From the NCBI GenBank assembly GCA_050084515.1, contig CM114271.1, positions 7,192,001 to 7,256,000 of the forward strand: a DNA stretch of 64,000 nucleotides. Reading direction: 5' to 3'. Positions within the stretch are counted from its first letter, which is position 1. Every line of letters starts with the position of its first letter. This stretch comes from Blasia pusilla (lineage: Eukaryota). Shown one piece after another: positions 28,500-40,957 of the stretch. The notes under the pieces were generated by a model. That model worked only from the letters and a program-made list of their open reading frames with translations. It was not told the origin of the DNA and made no database searches. A program made the position numbers and the translations under genes.

Positions 28500-29270
28500 A
28501 ACTTTCTTTATTGAATTTCACCTTGTAATTATGTCCCACCATATTCCGTGCAAACATAAGGATTTCTCATAATAGTAAATATACATCTAATATTGCCCAA
28601 AATACTTATGCTAGAGCATAATCAAGTAATAGGAATTATCTTTCTATGAATAATTCAATGTTGTGTATTATCTCCTATCATGATAATTTCTAGAGTGTTC
28701 AATGCTATATTGGTGAACCATGCTTCATGAGCAATCATATAATCTGATGCTCTTGAATTGATATGACATTATTCACAATGATACTTGCATACTTGCATCT
28801 AACTTCATGTCGTGGGTTATGCTCAACATTTACTCGTTACTTTGATATTGCCTCATATAATTATGTGGTGGAAGAAATCCAAATACAAGGTCGATCTCTA
28901 CTTATTGAAACAATTCTTGGTATTATGAATTTTAATCTAATCTAGTGACAAGCTCTAGGTGATCAATAATCTTGATTTTAGGCATTTCCTCTACCTTCAA
29001 ATGATTACCTTCTTCTCTCAAACTTTGTTTGTTGAAGATCTCATTGTGATTTTCTTTTTTGACCTTGGTAGCTCTTGTTCTCTTGACCCCAACCTTGGGA
29101 AACAAAATTTCCACCATACTTATAATTTCCACCACCATAATTTCTACTTCTTCCATAGAATGTATGTTCCAAAGAACTACTTGTAAAGACACTAGCATTT
29201 TTGCATGGCGGAAAAGACAAACTTGCATGGACATGCTCACGAATGATCTATCTTGTCCCCGCATGCTAGA
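28500..29270 (-). mobile_element. Decayed copia gag/protease fragment
   Basis: Minus strand near 28710-28770 reads HINSRASDYMIAHEAWF, similar to the copia protease motif WxIDSGASxHMT...WF. Confidence 0.45.
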
Positions 29271-29357
29271 ATTTATTGATTATATTTCCTCCATATAAGG
29301 CACATTGGGTGGAAGGCAAGAGGATAAGGCAACAGATACAATGGAGCATACCGAGAG

Positions 29358-29637
29358 CAAGATTGTGTGTGGACAAAGTCCGTGTGCGTAGACTTATGTT
29401 CGTCCTATGGAAGGACTTGTCCGTATGGGCCCCACCTTTCCCTTCTTTCTCATTCCCCTTACTTGCTTTCGTGTTCCATATTCCCCCATTTCTTCTTCCC
29501 TCCAGCTCCACTCCCTCCTCCCTCATTGCTCCTCTCATCCTTGCCTTGCCTTCCATCATGGACTAAAAGTGTGGATCCCACCTCTTGGAACCCTATGTCC
29601 GTCCTAAGGAAGGACTTGTCCATTTTTGTGCACCATG
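29358..29637. mobile_element. hAT-type MITE
   Basis: Termini CAAGATTGTGT...GTGCACCATG, subterminal GGACAAAGTCCG/GGACTTGTCC motifs; perfect 8-bp TSD ACCGAGAG. Confidence 0.82.
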
Positions 29638-30808
29638 ACCGAGAGGGAAATGACTCGGGAGGGCCCGAGGGGCGGCATGCATTCCTTGAGGGAGGATGGT
29701 ACGGAGAGTTGATTGGGTGGTAGAGTGCTACAAAATAGGTTGGATGAAGAGACTGGGATTGTTTAAAATGGGAGGGGTGAAGAGGTTAGGATCATTTCAA
29801 AGGGGATGGATGAATAGGTTGGCATCCCACCACTTAGTAATGATTCAAGGAAGGGAGGAGGAAAGTAACGCCACCAAGTGAAGTGAAAAAATGACGCCAT
29901 TCCATCTAGGTTCGTAAAAGACACACAATCTTATTGTAGCAACAGATGGAGAGTTAGATAGATCAGAAAATTTACTCTTGAGCAAGCAAAATAGATCTTA
30001 GGAATTAAGACGCTTTGCAAGTTGGAACTAAATTCAGTAAAGCTCAAAAATCTTCACCCTCACTTTTGAGCGAGAAAAATAGTCTTAGGGATCATGGAAG
30101 CTTTGCAAGTAATTCGGACTAAATTCAGTAAAGCTCAAAAATCTTCACCCTCAATTTGTTGTGTGCTTGCTTTGCCTGGGTTTTGTAGCATGCGGAGAGT
30201 TGTGAGGAAACATGTGAGAAAAAAATGATTTTAAATACTTGAGATGTAAACTTGCTTAGTCAACAATTAGAGGTAATAATATTGGTTACAAACACGCTTA
30301 GTTAGCCAGAAAATGCGTTCATTACCTGCCTGCCGCCGGCCAAATAAAACCACCCCAAAACGCGTCCATTCATTAAAGTGAAATCAGTTCAATAACTTTG
30401 GTATGTACATTTGGTGGCTTGGCCCTCCTGGTTAGTGAATTCTATAGGAGAGTGGCGACACGTCTGGAAAACTCAAATAATTTTAAATAAAATTAATTAA
30501 TTACTAATGTTGGAGGAAATTTTTAATAAGGCCACATGCCATAATTTATGAGAATCAAATAAACACTTGTCTAAAGGAGAAGGTGTGCCCATTTCAAGGC
30601 GCCTCCTCAAGTAATAGTATAAATGAAACACATTATGATGTTCTGAAATGAAAATCCTAAAAGAGGGTCAATAATGAAAGTCCTTAAAATTTACAGGACC
30701 AGCATAGATTCTCATGAAAGCCTCGTCACCAATGGAGGGTTGGAAAATCAATCAAGGAGTTTTTAAATAAAGCAGTTTACTTTGCTAACGTTGACCGTCT
30801 AGAAAATA

Positions 30809-30941
30809 GGGTGGGGGAATGCCCCCTTCTTCCTTTTCTGGTCGTGTTGTGGCCTTCAGGTTTTGACTCTTTGAGTCCCCCTCTTTTGTATTTCCGATGG
30901 GTTTTCCATCACTCGTTTTTATCGAAGTGCATCTTTGTTGA
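30809..30941 (+). mobile_element. Short retroposed fragment resembling the 3' tail of the CRE-like element
   Basis: Shares GGGGGAA.(G)CCCC and CCGATGGGTTT.CCATC motifs, at similar spacing, with 18042-18147; flanked by direct repeat AGAAAATA. Confidence 0.55.
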
Positions 30942-33900
30942 AGAAAATATCTTAATAGAAATATGATCCCTCAAAATCCCCTAAATTCCCCGTTTACTTT
31001 TGGCTCTCTCGGAATCCTAATCTCGGCATCATGTTACCATCAAATTAAATGATGATGGCGATAAGAAATAAATACTCAAATTAATCACTTTGCTACCGTT
31101 GACTCGGTAATCTAATATGATTTTTAAATTTTCGATGAATACTAAATAGAAGAAACTTTGTGCAGTGCATAACTTCGATGTAATATTTGCAATTTGAAGG
31201 GAAACACACAAGATAAAGAAAAGGCCACCATTTAGTGAATCCATTTATTTGAAAATTGTTACTGATTCGAATCCTAAGTATGGAATACGCTCTTTGTGCA
31301 GTGATATTTTCGTTTCCCTTTTTCTTGTTTTTTTATGCCTAGCATTTAAGTGGGACCCAATGACCGAAATAGGTTTATGGAACTTGCGGCACTTATACTT
31401 ATTTATTGAACATGTTTTCCTCTTGTGCATAGTGGAAAATGTCAACTCATGTATTCCCCCAAAAAATATCCCTAATTATATAGATAGATATACGAGTGGA
31501 GTCATTTGAATATCCCGAAAAGGCTCGAATACCAGATTTAATTATTATGTGAAATTTTTGGTTGTTAATTACACACTATCTCTTTTTATTTTACGAGGGT
31601 GTTGTGTTTCGAGTGATCCGAATATTACCGGTGTTATTAGCTTGCGCTCGCTTTTGGTGAGCGGAGGATATATTGAATTAAAAAATGTTAAGAATTTGGC
31701 CTACGTGTAAGCAACCCACGTCCTCTGCATGCTTTGTTGAATATTTTTTTATAAAAAATCTATAGAGAATGCAACCAAGTTCCCATCATTCTAGTCAACT
31801 CCAATATAATTTTTTTTGGTGTTGAATTGCGATATTTTGGAAATTTGTGAGGCGGTGTACATATGGAACAGCTAATCGACTTAAGATATCATGTTAACCA
31901 AATGCTAATTGCAACTTACATCACCCATTTAAGATCTCGTCTTGATGAGAATGGTGAGGGTTGCGTTGTTCTTGGCCTGATAGGATAGTCATCCGTGCAA
32001 TACTCAAAAGGTCCATAATTATTAAATGAAAAAGCTTTTAGGAACCTCGAAACGATGGTTTCATGAGAATCATTAAAAGGAGAACTTCTTATGGCGGGTC
32101 ATCATGGCAAGTGCACGATTATTGATGTCCAATACCACCTCTGGAAATTTTATTTTTCCAGGGACTAGTCCAAAGTGCCCCATTATAGCATTGTCCTTAA
32201 ATGTTGTTCATTTAATGAGTTTATGCAAGATATTGATTGTGGAAATTTCATTCACAAGCCTTTTACAATTGAGTATGGTTCATGCATCCTTTGTTAGGTT
32301 TTGGCATCTTGTGGACATTTTTTTATTGTGTTCAATTCTTTATCTTACTGAAAATTTGACCTATGCACTAATACAAAGTTATGAAGCCAAGAAACATCAT
32401 ATCTCAAGAGGCCACTCTCCTTCAATTTTATAGCCTAAACATAATCCAATGTATTTCTTGCTAAATTACTTGCTCATCATCTTTTGGTGGTACTAAAATG
32501 ACATTTATGAAAAACTTGGACCCTTGCCACATGTTTAGAGCTTAATATGGGATGAGCTAACAATATTCCTGTATTTTTAATTTGTGTGATGCATTTAGGA
32601 TGCTATTTGGATGAGATATTTGTGGGGAAGGAAATTTGATATGAAAAATTTCCCAAATTTTCCTTTACGGAGTCATAAATCTAATTAAGATGTTGTTGGC
32701 TGGTTTTAAATTTGACACACCTTAATTTTAAACATACAAAGTACTCAAAGTAATCACTATAAGAAAAGTAGTTATATTTATATAGAAAAATTTCAAAATC
32801 GACCTTAAGGAATTATAATGAATATTCACTATAAGTCAAAGGGCTGCCTCCCTAAGTACCATGTTTTCCTTTATGGTCAAAAAGCATAGGGGGTGCAGTT
32901 TTGGGTATTTAGGAGATAATAAAATGATATGTTGGAAAGACAAGGTCAGGAGCATGATGGGATGTTATGTGAGGAGCAAACCAGGCACCTCCAGTGCCCC
33001 TGGAGGTCGGGAAAAAATATTCACCGAAACTCAAACCCAGACTCCATAGCCTTTCTCCAGCGGTGAGGTGATGAGGAAAAAATTGATTATGTAGGCTTCT
33101 CTTATGTACTAGACCATATGATTATATAGGTCTATCTTCTATACCACTAGTGCAATGTCTATGGGTGAAAGAAAAGGCATTTTAGGCATCCATTAAATCC
33201 TTGATCTGATAATTTAATCATTCTCTTAAATTTGACATGTGTCATATTTGAGAGGGAAGAAGGTTGGCAGCACAGCACGGGAGGAAGTTTGGAAGGAAGG
33301 TTTCTCTAACCCCATCATCATTTAATTATATAGATGTAAAGAATACTCATAAGTTTTTCAAGTGCAAAAATTTTATGTGAAATTTTATCATTAAAGTTTT
33401 TTTGTTGCATAAATATTTATGTCAATATTTCTGAACATTTTGTTTTTAATTTACAAAACATATCTAATTCAAAATTTTAAGTACAAAACCATTTGCCCAT
33501 TACACGAGTAGTACTACTTCAGTTAATTAAAAAAAAGTCTTCGGGCCTCTTTGAATCAGACGGCGATAAGGAAAATCCCCGTCTAGATGTTTACACCCTC
33601 CCGTAAGGGCGGGTGGGTGGGGACGAGGGCGGGGTAGCTTTGCTGGAAAATGCAGACGAGGATTTTGGGACGGGGAGGTTCAAATGGGAGGACAGCAAGA
33701 GCGAACGGCAGCCCACGGAAATATCCGTAAGGTCAAACTGCGGCAGCTCCCGTGAGACCCGTGAGTGGCCCTAAACCCTGATTAGTCCATACGTTTGCAT
33801 TGTTGGCGAGTGTGCACGGCTGCGTTTATGTTGTGTTGCTCGTGAAATCGAAAAGGAGAGATATGGCAAGAGTTGGTTTCAACAATTGGCTATGGCGGAA

Positions 33901-36846
33901 TCCTTGGTCTGTTACTTGCTTGCTCCATGTGACACGGATACGGTACAGGATGCTCAAGTCTTGGGAATGAGTGAGTTACTACGTCTGTCAATGGGATCGA
34001 TTAGTGGTAGTAGCTATGGCGGAAGAAATATTGCCGCGGGATCAAGATTGGTATCTGACGAATTATCGGCGAAAGTGTTTCATTATGACACGATGCTGAC
34101 GGCGGCGGCTCCCTCAGAATTCTGCCCGTGAGAAGGTTTGTCAGTCTCAATGATTCGGACTACTTACTAGCCATGTTCAAAATCGAAATGCTTTTCTTTC
34201 CCGACAGCTTTTGAAACTTCTCCACTGTGAGTCTGGCAAAGAGGGAGTGACTCCTTCTCCAAGAGCGTTCCAATGCATGTACGGCGCCTCGTTCGCTCCT
34301 GGCTTCTTCAGTGCGAAAATTTTCAGAGCTCTCACGGAAACTTTAAGAAGGAAAGAAACACAGAAAGGATTATGTCGTCGCTTCTGACGACTACTTGTGA
34401 CGGGCGACATGAAGGCCACAGGGAAGGGAAGGGAAGGGACGGGAGGATCCGATTGCAACGCGTCCTGTTCAGAATGGATAGGTATGGTCTTTGATAGGAG
34501 GGGAGGGCAGTCCTTGCCTGAAAGTTGAGCACGGAGGACGATGTGTCGTCGACAGAGACTCTAAGTAGTCTAGCTTTGAGGTCCCTCGCGCTCAGGATGA
34601 GATATGATGAGTGTGCACTGCACGAAACGTTTGATATTAGTAGAAGGGAGCATGAATTGAGACGTCCTGACGGTGATACTTCAACTTTTTCTGATGGAGA
34701 CACCGAACAAACTGGAAAGATTCTTCCGCTCCTGCCTTCACGTACAAAACTATGACGCATGCGAAGATCTATGAGCTTCCCGCATCTAGCTAGAGAAAGA
34801 AGAGTCCTCATGACCGTGAGAGCGATCGAGGGCGATGACAGCAGGTTGTAGAAATTGGATCGGGTTCGGGAATCATTTGCTTTCAACACCTTTGTGAATC
34901 GTTTGCTTTCGTGGATATCTTATGTCGTGTTGCATGTGCCACCGTCTTTTGGTTCACGAACGGGTAACAGTGTCGATATTCTTCAGTGCGCTGCTGTCCG
35001 ATCAGATTCAGAGCGGTTTGCAGCAACTGCTGTAGCATATGCAGACCAGGTTTGAAGTAATTAGTTTGTGCGTTAGGATTCAGCGCACATATTAGTGATG
35101 TAAGCTCGGGACCGTGGTTCACTTCACGGTAATTAGTGATGTCTTAGCTTTCTCCGTGCAACCGGAACCGCTGCAATTGCGAAAACCTCTGTCGCGAATG
35201 AAGAGCCTGACAGGCGACAGAGAGACGATGCTCCCTCAGCATTCGAAGGTTGTTAGTACATAAAAAACGTGGATGATCTGAACTAACGATCCAGAGATCA
35301 AGATGTATTTCGTCTTGCGCTGATGGAGCGAAAACGGCCAGGACCCGAAAATTCGACCTACTCCCGCTGGCATGAGGTGTCGATGCTTCTCGTCAATGGG
35401 AAAGCATTAGTCGGATTTCATACCGTTCAGTCAAGGTCAGAGAGGCATGTCAGAGAAATTCAACAATATTGAAACCAGAAGACGCATGGAGAGCAGCAGG
35501 ATCTGATTACGGTACACTCGCATGGATCAAAGATCTGGTCGGGCTCATCATTTAGAAGACCTTTCTCGCTCTCTCAACAATTGTCCCACGCGTTTTTCAC
35601 CCTTGCAAGACTTGACACGGACGCGCCAAGCTAATCACTCAAATATCTGGGCTCGAATGTCCGCAGTCCAGGTTCGCTTTAGTAAATTTTACGTGTTGGA
35701 GGGAAGTCCCTAAATTGTCGACCGGGAAATTTCACGAATCCAAACGGAACAGACCACACATCCGACCCAATGCCCAAGACGGGAAGACGCGGTGACGATT
35801 TGTCATGTGTGAGCCCACACAGGTGAAAGGAAACCTTTCAACATATGAGCGCTTCTTTCCCAATCATCTCGTTTGTTATGATCCTTGTCTTACGCGCCTC
35901 ATTCACTCACTCAATCATGTAGGCCCCTCCCGGAGCCCCCCACCATGCTCTGGAGGATTCTCGCGAGAGGAAGAAAGTTTTCAGTCGGTCCCTCGCAGCG
36001 GCTGCTACCATGCGTCTGGAGATCTTCCCGGGAGGTGGCAACAGGTCCGGCAGCGTCCCACTCCAGTCCAATCTATTGACGGCAAATCAGCCGGCGGGGA
36101 ACGTGCAAGTCGCTTTCTATTAACGGTGACAAATTTGGACGGGACGGGCAAGATATCTGTCATCTCCGGTCGGTCATCGGCCATCGCTGACTCGGAACGG
36201 TATGGATTCCTCCTCATAACTAGCTCACTTGTTTCTTGTCCTGGTTTCTACCGTCCATATGGGAGAGAAACCTAAACAGAACAAGCTTCTCAAGGAAGCG
36301 GCAGACGGCGATTTTCGACTACGACGAGATACAGAAACTTTGAGAATCGTTAAAATTCTACGGCATCGTGAGTCCTAGTACGGAGCGGTGCGAGGAATAG
36401 GAAGAAGATATACCAAGCACGTATCCTCTTCTAGATCTGCAAGGAAGAAGAAGAAGAAGAAGACCGGAGATCGTGGTGGCTGAGATTCAGCGGGACACTT
36501 TTGAGTGGAAGAATGTTAAGTTTGCACCAGCGACGAATTTCGGAGTTTTTTCCTAGGCTTGCGCTGGTGGTCCGTTTGACCCTGGATTTTCTACCATACC
36601 TAGATGTCAAATCCCATTAGATCTCAGTGATGCAGCCATGAAATTGGCGAAAAGGGACAGATGTGCAATAGGAACCAATAGGAAGACGGCAATAGTAAGG
36701 GTGAGGTTGACGACACTATACGAGAAAGGAGCCTTCCAGTGTTCTAATTCGAGGTCTGAAGATGACAACCAATAACATTACTGTTTTTGGAGCTGTCTAC
36801 TAGCATCGCCATTAATTAGATGGGAGAAGCGGGTTACCGTGCATTC

Positions 36847-36974
36847 CATCCTTTCGAAACCCCTGTTAGAGCGCTCTCGTGTGTCGGTAAACAAAAGGGG
36901 ACCCTTAACAAATGGCATCCTTTTGTTTACCGACACACGATAGCACTCTATCAAGGGTTTCGAACAAAAGGATG
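36847..36974 (-). ncRNA. Long fold-back hairpin; candidate miRNA/siRNA precursor (or tiny foldback element)
   Basis: ~52-56-nt arms around a ~20-nt loop. Two of four core differences are G:U wobbles only on the minus strand. No match to conserved plant miRNAs that I recognise. Confidence 0.45.
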
Positions 36975-38439
36975 CCTTTGGTTTCCTCTATGGCCTTAGG
37001 TTTCTAACCCCTGCGAGAGTGCTCTAACTCTTAAGTCGGTGAGTAAAAGCAACCTGCATACAAAGAAAGAGCTCACGCGGAAGGAATTCCCCACCCGGAA
37101 GGAAATTGAAGGAGGATTCAGAAGTTGTACCCAAACGGGAGAAACGGCGAGGGAAGGACGCGTTAGCGAGGACGGAAACATCCTGCGATAGCAAGACCAC
37201 CAGCCACCAAGGAAGGAAGTAGATACAAGCCCCGTGGGGCGGCGGGATAAGGTTCGACGTCAGGGACGGACGCCCCCGGGGAGTGAAATACCCCAGAAGA
37301 CCGAAGGAAGTCTGCCGAGCCACAACCTCAGTCCGGAAGGAAACGAGAATATAAAAAACTTAAATAGAAAAGTGGGGAAGGTGGGAGTCTTCCCCACCGT
37401 GGCTAACAAGGCTGGGATTTACGCCACCTTTTCAGACGAGTTGCATCTTTTCCAAGATGTAATTTTGTCTCATACGACTATGTCACTAACAAGGCCAGAA
37501 TTTCCAGAAGACGGCTCTCATGAACTGTCTATCCACATTCCGGACACGCGATTCCGGACAGCTCTTACTCTTGCAGAAAGATCGATACTAGTGGAGCGGC
37601 GGCCAAGATGCCAAACGATAAAGTGAACCGTCAACGCACGCCGTCCCACGCAGCAATTTGGAAAGTGACCAGCGCGGGGAAATGAGTGTGCACGTATTTC
37701 ACAATTCAGTCAGTTTTTCCATTTCACAACTTCAAGTGTGGCTGGGAGAGATGTGCACATGGTTATGGACAGGAATTTTCCCGGACGCTGATCTTCTGAG
37801 ATTGCGTCTACTGAGTGGTGATTGGAAGGCATGCCGGTAGTTATTTCGATGTGCAGTGCTCGGATAAGAAAACACAGGGCACCTCATAGGTCCTTGCTAC
37901 CGTTTGCCGGACACAGCGAGGACTCGTCGCTTTCAAGTGACGCCAGTTCTTCTCATTGGACCCTCCTCGTGACTACCTCCGTTTCCAACTGTTAAAGGTC
38001 GAGCTTTATGGAGTCAAGTGAAGCTTTAGGGAGGCATGTGAATTCTGAGGAACACAGTATGAAGGCAGATTGGCGGTCTCAAATGAATGACCAGCTTCCC
38101 CGACGCTTGATCGACGCGGCGGATTGAGCGGCAGTCCGAGATCAGATGGAACCGAAACTCTTGCGCGCAAGCAAGCGTAAAATACTCATCACAAGTACGC
38201 CTTCACTGTGCGTTCCACTTAGAGAACTTGGTGGGAGAAAAGAGCAGGCAGCGCACAACTGACGTACACGATCCTAGAGAAGTCCCAGATGATTTAGAGC
38301 GTCTTTCTTGGAGCGAATATTTTTCCTTCGAGAGCCGCTGCCGACCTATTTAGGCTGGTCACCGTCCTCGCATCGTGCAGATGTTGGAGCAGTGAAGAGC
38401 GGGGCGTACTTCTTTCTAGTAAACGCGGGAGTGACTATG

Positions 38440-40780
38440 CTCCATTAGTAATGCCTGTCGAAGAACTGCATTCATGGTTGGGGTGCTCGAGAGATTGAAT
38501 GAGAGAGACTACTCATTAAGTAATGCTTGTCGCAGCCTTGCGACGATAGACCCCACGCTCTGGTGAGACTGGGATTGGTGTAGAAGTGGAGAAGGTACCA
38601 TACGAGAGGAGACACTGTCATTTAATGACCATGCAGGGTGTTGGTGGGGAGCTTCCAAGAACACAGTCTAATTTACCAGATGTGGATCCCCCAATACATG
38701 TTACTTACCCGGACAGCAGCTTTGGGCAATAAATCTATGCTGCTGAATGTGTTGAACAGGTCTGGTGTTACCAAGGTGTAACCCGCGAGTAGTTCTTCAG
38801 TTCTGCTTGTTCAGGATATATGAGAGAGGTTAGACACTTGCACGTTTTGCTAAGAGTCTTCTCCCACTGCTTTGGTTATGGTATCTACGAAGGGTTTCTG
38901 GATGAAGAAGAGAGCGACTACTCAATAAGTGGTGCCTGTCCTAACCTTGGGACCATAGATCCCGCACCCTGGTTGGACGGTCCTAGAGACGGATGGGTGT
39001 GGCGAGAGGAAGAAGTGAAAAAGGTACTCGCAGAGGGAGACACTCATATAATGTGAGTGCTGACCATACAAAGTGTTGGTGCGGAGCTTCCTAGAATCAA
39101 CTAGGAAGCTCTTTACAAAAATACCTACTTTACCTGATTTGGCTCCCAACTGCACAAAGGTGTCACATTTTCACCTTCCGCCAGGGACTGAGAAGGGAGA
39201 CTATAGAGATTGTGGGTGAGTACTTCTATCTTAGGTTACAGCTCAAACCCAACAACCAATGGAGAACTAGTGGAAGTCGCAGCAAAATCAATGTAGGATT
39301 GAGGTGTTTGCACATGCTGCAATCCAACTGCAGAAGAATGGAACTGTGACATATCCCACAAACAATCCATATCTTCAAAGCGATTGTCATCCTCGTGACC
39401 TGGTTGGACAATGCTATAGACTGGGATGGGTGTAGAGACCATATACCCTACACTGGTTGGACAGTGCTAGAGCTGGGATGGGTTGAGAGAGGAGAGAGAG
39501 ACTCTACTCCGTAACCTTGCGACCATAGACCCCACACTCTGGTTAGAGACTGGGAAGGGTGTAGAGAGAGTAAGTGAAGAAGGTACCATATGAGAGTTGG
39601 GACAGAGTAATTCTCAGATAGTGCAAATGCTGACCATACTAAGTGTTGGTGCAGAGCTTCCAAGTGTCAACCAGGAAGCTCTTTAAAAGAGTGTCCACTT
39701 TAGCCGATTCAGAGGGAGAGTAGAGAGAGAGTGTGGAGTTATATGTGTAGTATGCCATGATGACCCTCATGCCCCCTCACACGATCACTCTCAACCTCAT
39801 GAGCAATCCCTGGACCACTTGGAACTAAACATCCACTGGAAAACCTCCACAGGAAGCCTAGAGGCCTATGTGTGAGAGGGATATGACATCCGACAGACAC
39901 CTTCACATCCACTGCCCTGGGGTTGAGACCGCACCCCATTGTCCATAGTTAAAATCAAACTGGTGACCTCTTCAAGAGGATTTAAGCCAATTCAAAGCTG
40001 GCATTACCAACTTAGCAATATCGGCATATGCTCTTGCTCTGTGTGTTGTGAATTTCGCTCAGGACACCAAGTAATGACTAGAGGTTTCATCCCCATCGTC
40101 ACACAAGGCTAGATGTGTTCCTATTCTGCTTTTCTTATGGTTCAAGGGGATTGCCCATCCTAAACTTGAACTTGAGCCGGATTCCCAAGTAAGGGGTTCC
40201 CCGCAAATAGTGCTTCAGTTCTGCCTTTTCGGGATATACTGTCAAGAGTGTAGGGTTGAGAGACTGTACTCATTAAGTAGTGCCTGTCGTAGCCTTGCGA
40301 CCATAGACCCCGCGCCCTGGTTGGACGGTGCTTGGTAGGGTTGAGAGAGAGAGAGAGAGAGACTTTATAGACCCCACGCCCTGGTGAGACTACTCATTAC
40401 GTAGTGCCTGTCGCAGCCTTGCGACCATAGACCCCGCGCCCTGGTTGGACGGTACTTGAAACTGAGAGAGACCGTACTCATTAAGTAGTGCCTGTCGTAG
40501 CCTTGCGACCATAGACCCCGCGCCCTGGTTGGACGGTGCTTGAGACTGGGATGGGTGTAGAGAGAGAAGCAAGTGAAGAAGGTACCATATGAGAGGAAGG
40601 AGAATCTCTCATATAGTGTGAGTGCTGACCAAACGTGTTTGTGCGGAGCTTCCAAGTGTCAACCAAGAAGCTCTTCACCACACCATCTACTTTACCTGAT
40701 TGGGATCCCCAATAGACATTACTTACCAGTGCAGCAGCTTTGGGCAATGAATCAAGGCTACTGAATGTGTTGAAGAGACT
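38440..40780 (-). pseudogene. Scrambled tandem array of duplicated 3' exon-intron-exon fragments of an unidentified gene
   Basis: Repeated terminal exon GAGSMVARLRQALLNE(*/Y) at ~38510, 38920, 39505 (partial), 40267, 40392 and 40476. Upstream exon LFNTFSS.D.LPKAA followed by GTAAGT donor at ~38705 and ~40722. Confidence 0.6.
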
Positions 40781-40957
40781 CAGATAGAGAGGAGAAATTT
40801 CCATTTAATATGGATTTTCGACTCCATGGCCAACCCTCCCCTTCCTTCCTTCTAGTAGTGCTTGCAGTATAAAAATGATTGTTAACTATTCTATTAAAGT
40901 GCTTGTACTTACGGCACAGTTTTGCAAAGATCTCTAAGGACGGAAACCTTCGAAATC

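Noticed and set aside
32985-33075. tRNA or tRNA-derived SINE
   Set aside because: Only a degenerate B-box-like motif and a short hairpin; no cloverleaf or TSD.
33768-33780. Telomerase RNA template (CCCTAAACCCTG)
   Set aside because: No USE/TATA Pol III promoter or terminator at a suitable distance; better explained as a telo-box or chance.
34332-34889. 185-aa minus-strand ORF as a protein-coding gene
   Set aside because: Non-ATG start, no recognisable domain, Ser/Leu/Arg-rich composition typical of spurious frames.
38440-40560. CRISPR-like repeat/spacer array
   Set aside because: Eukaryotic context, irregular spacing, intervening sequences are homologous to each other, repeats translate as an exon, and no cas genes.
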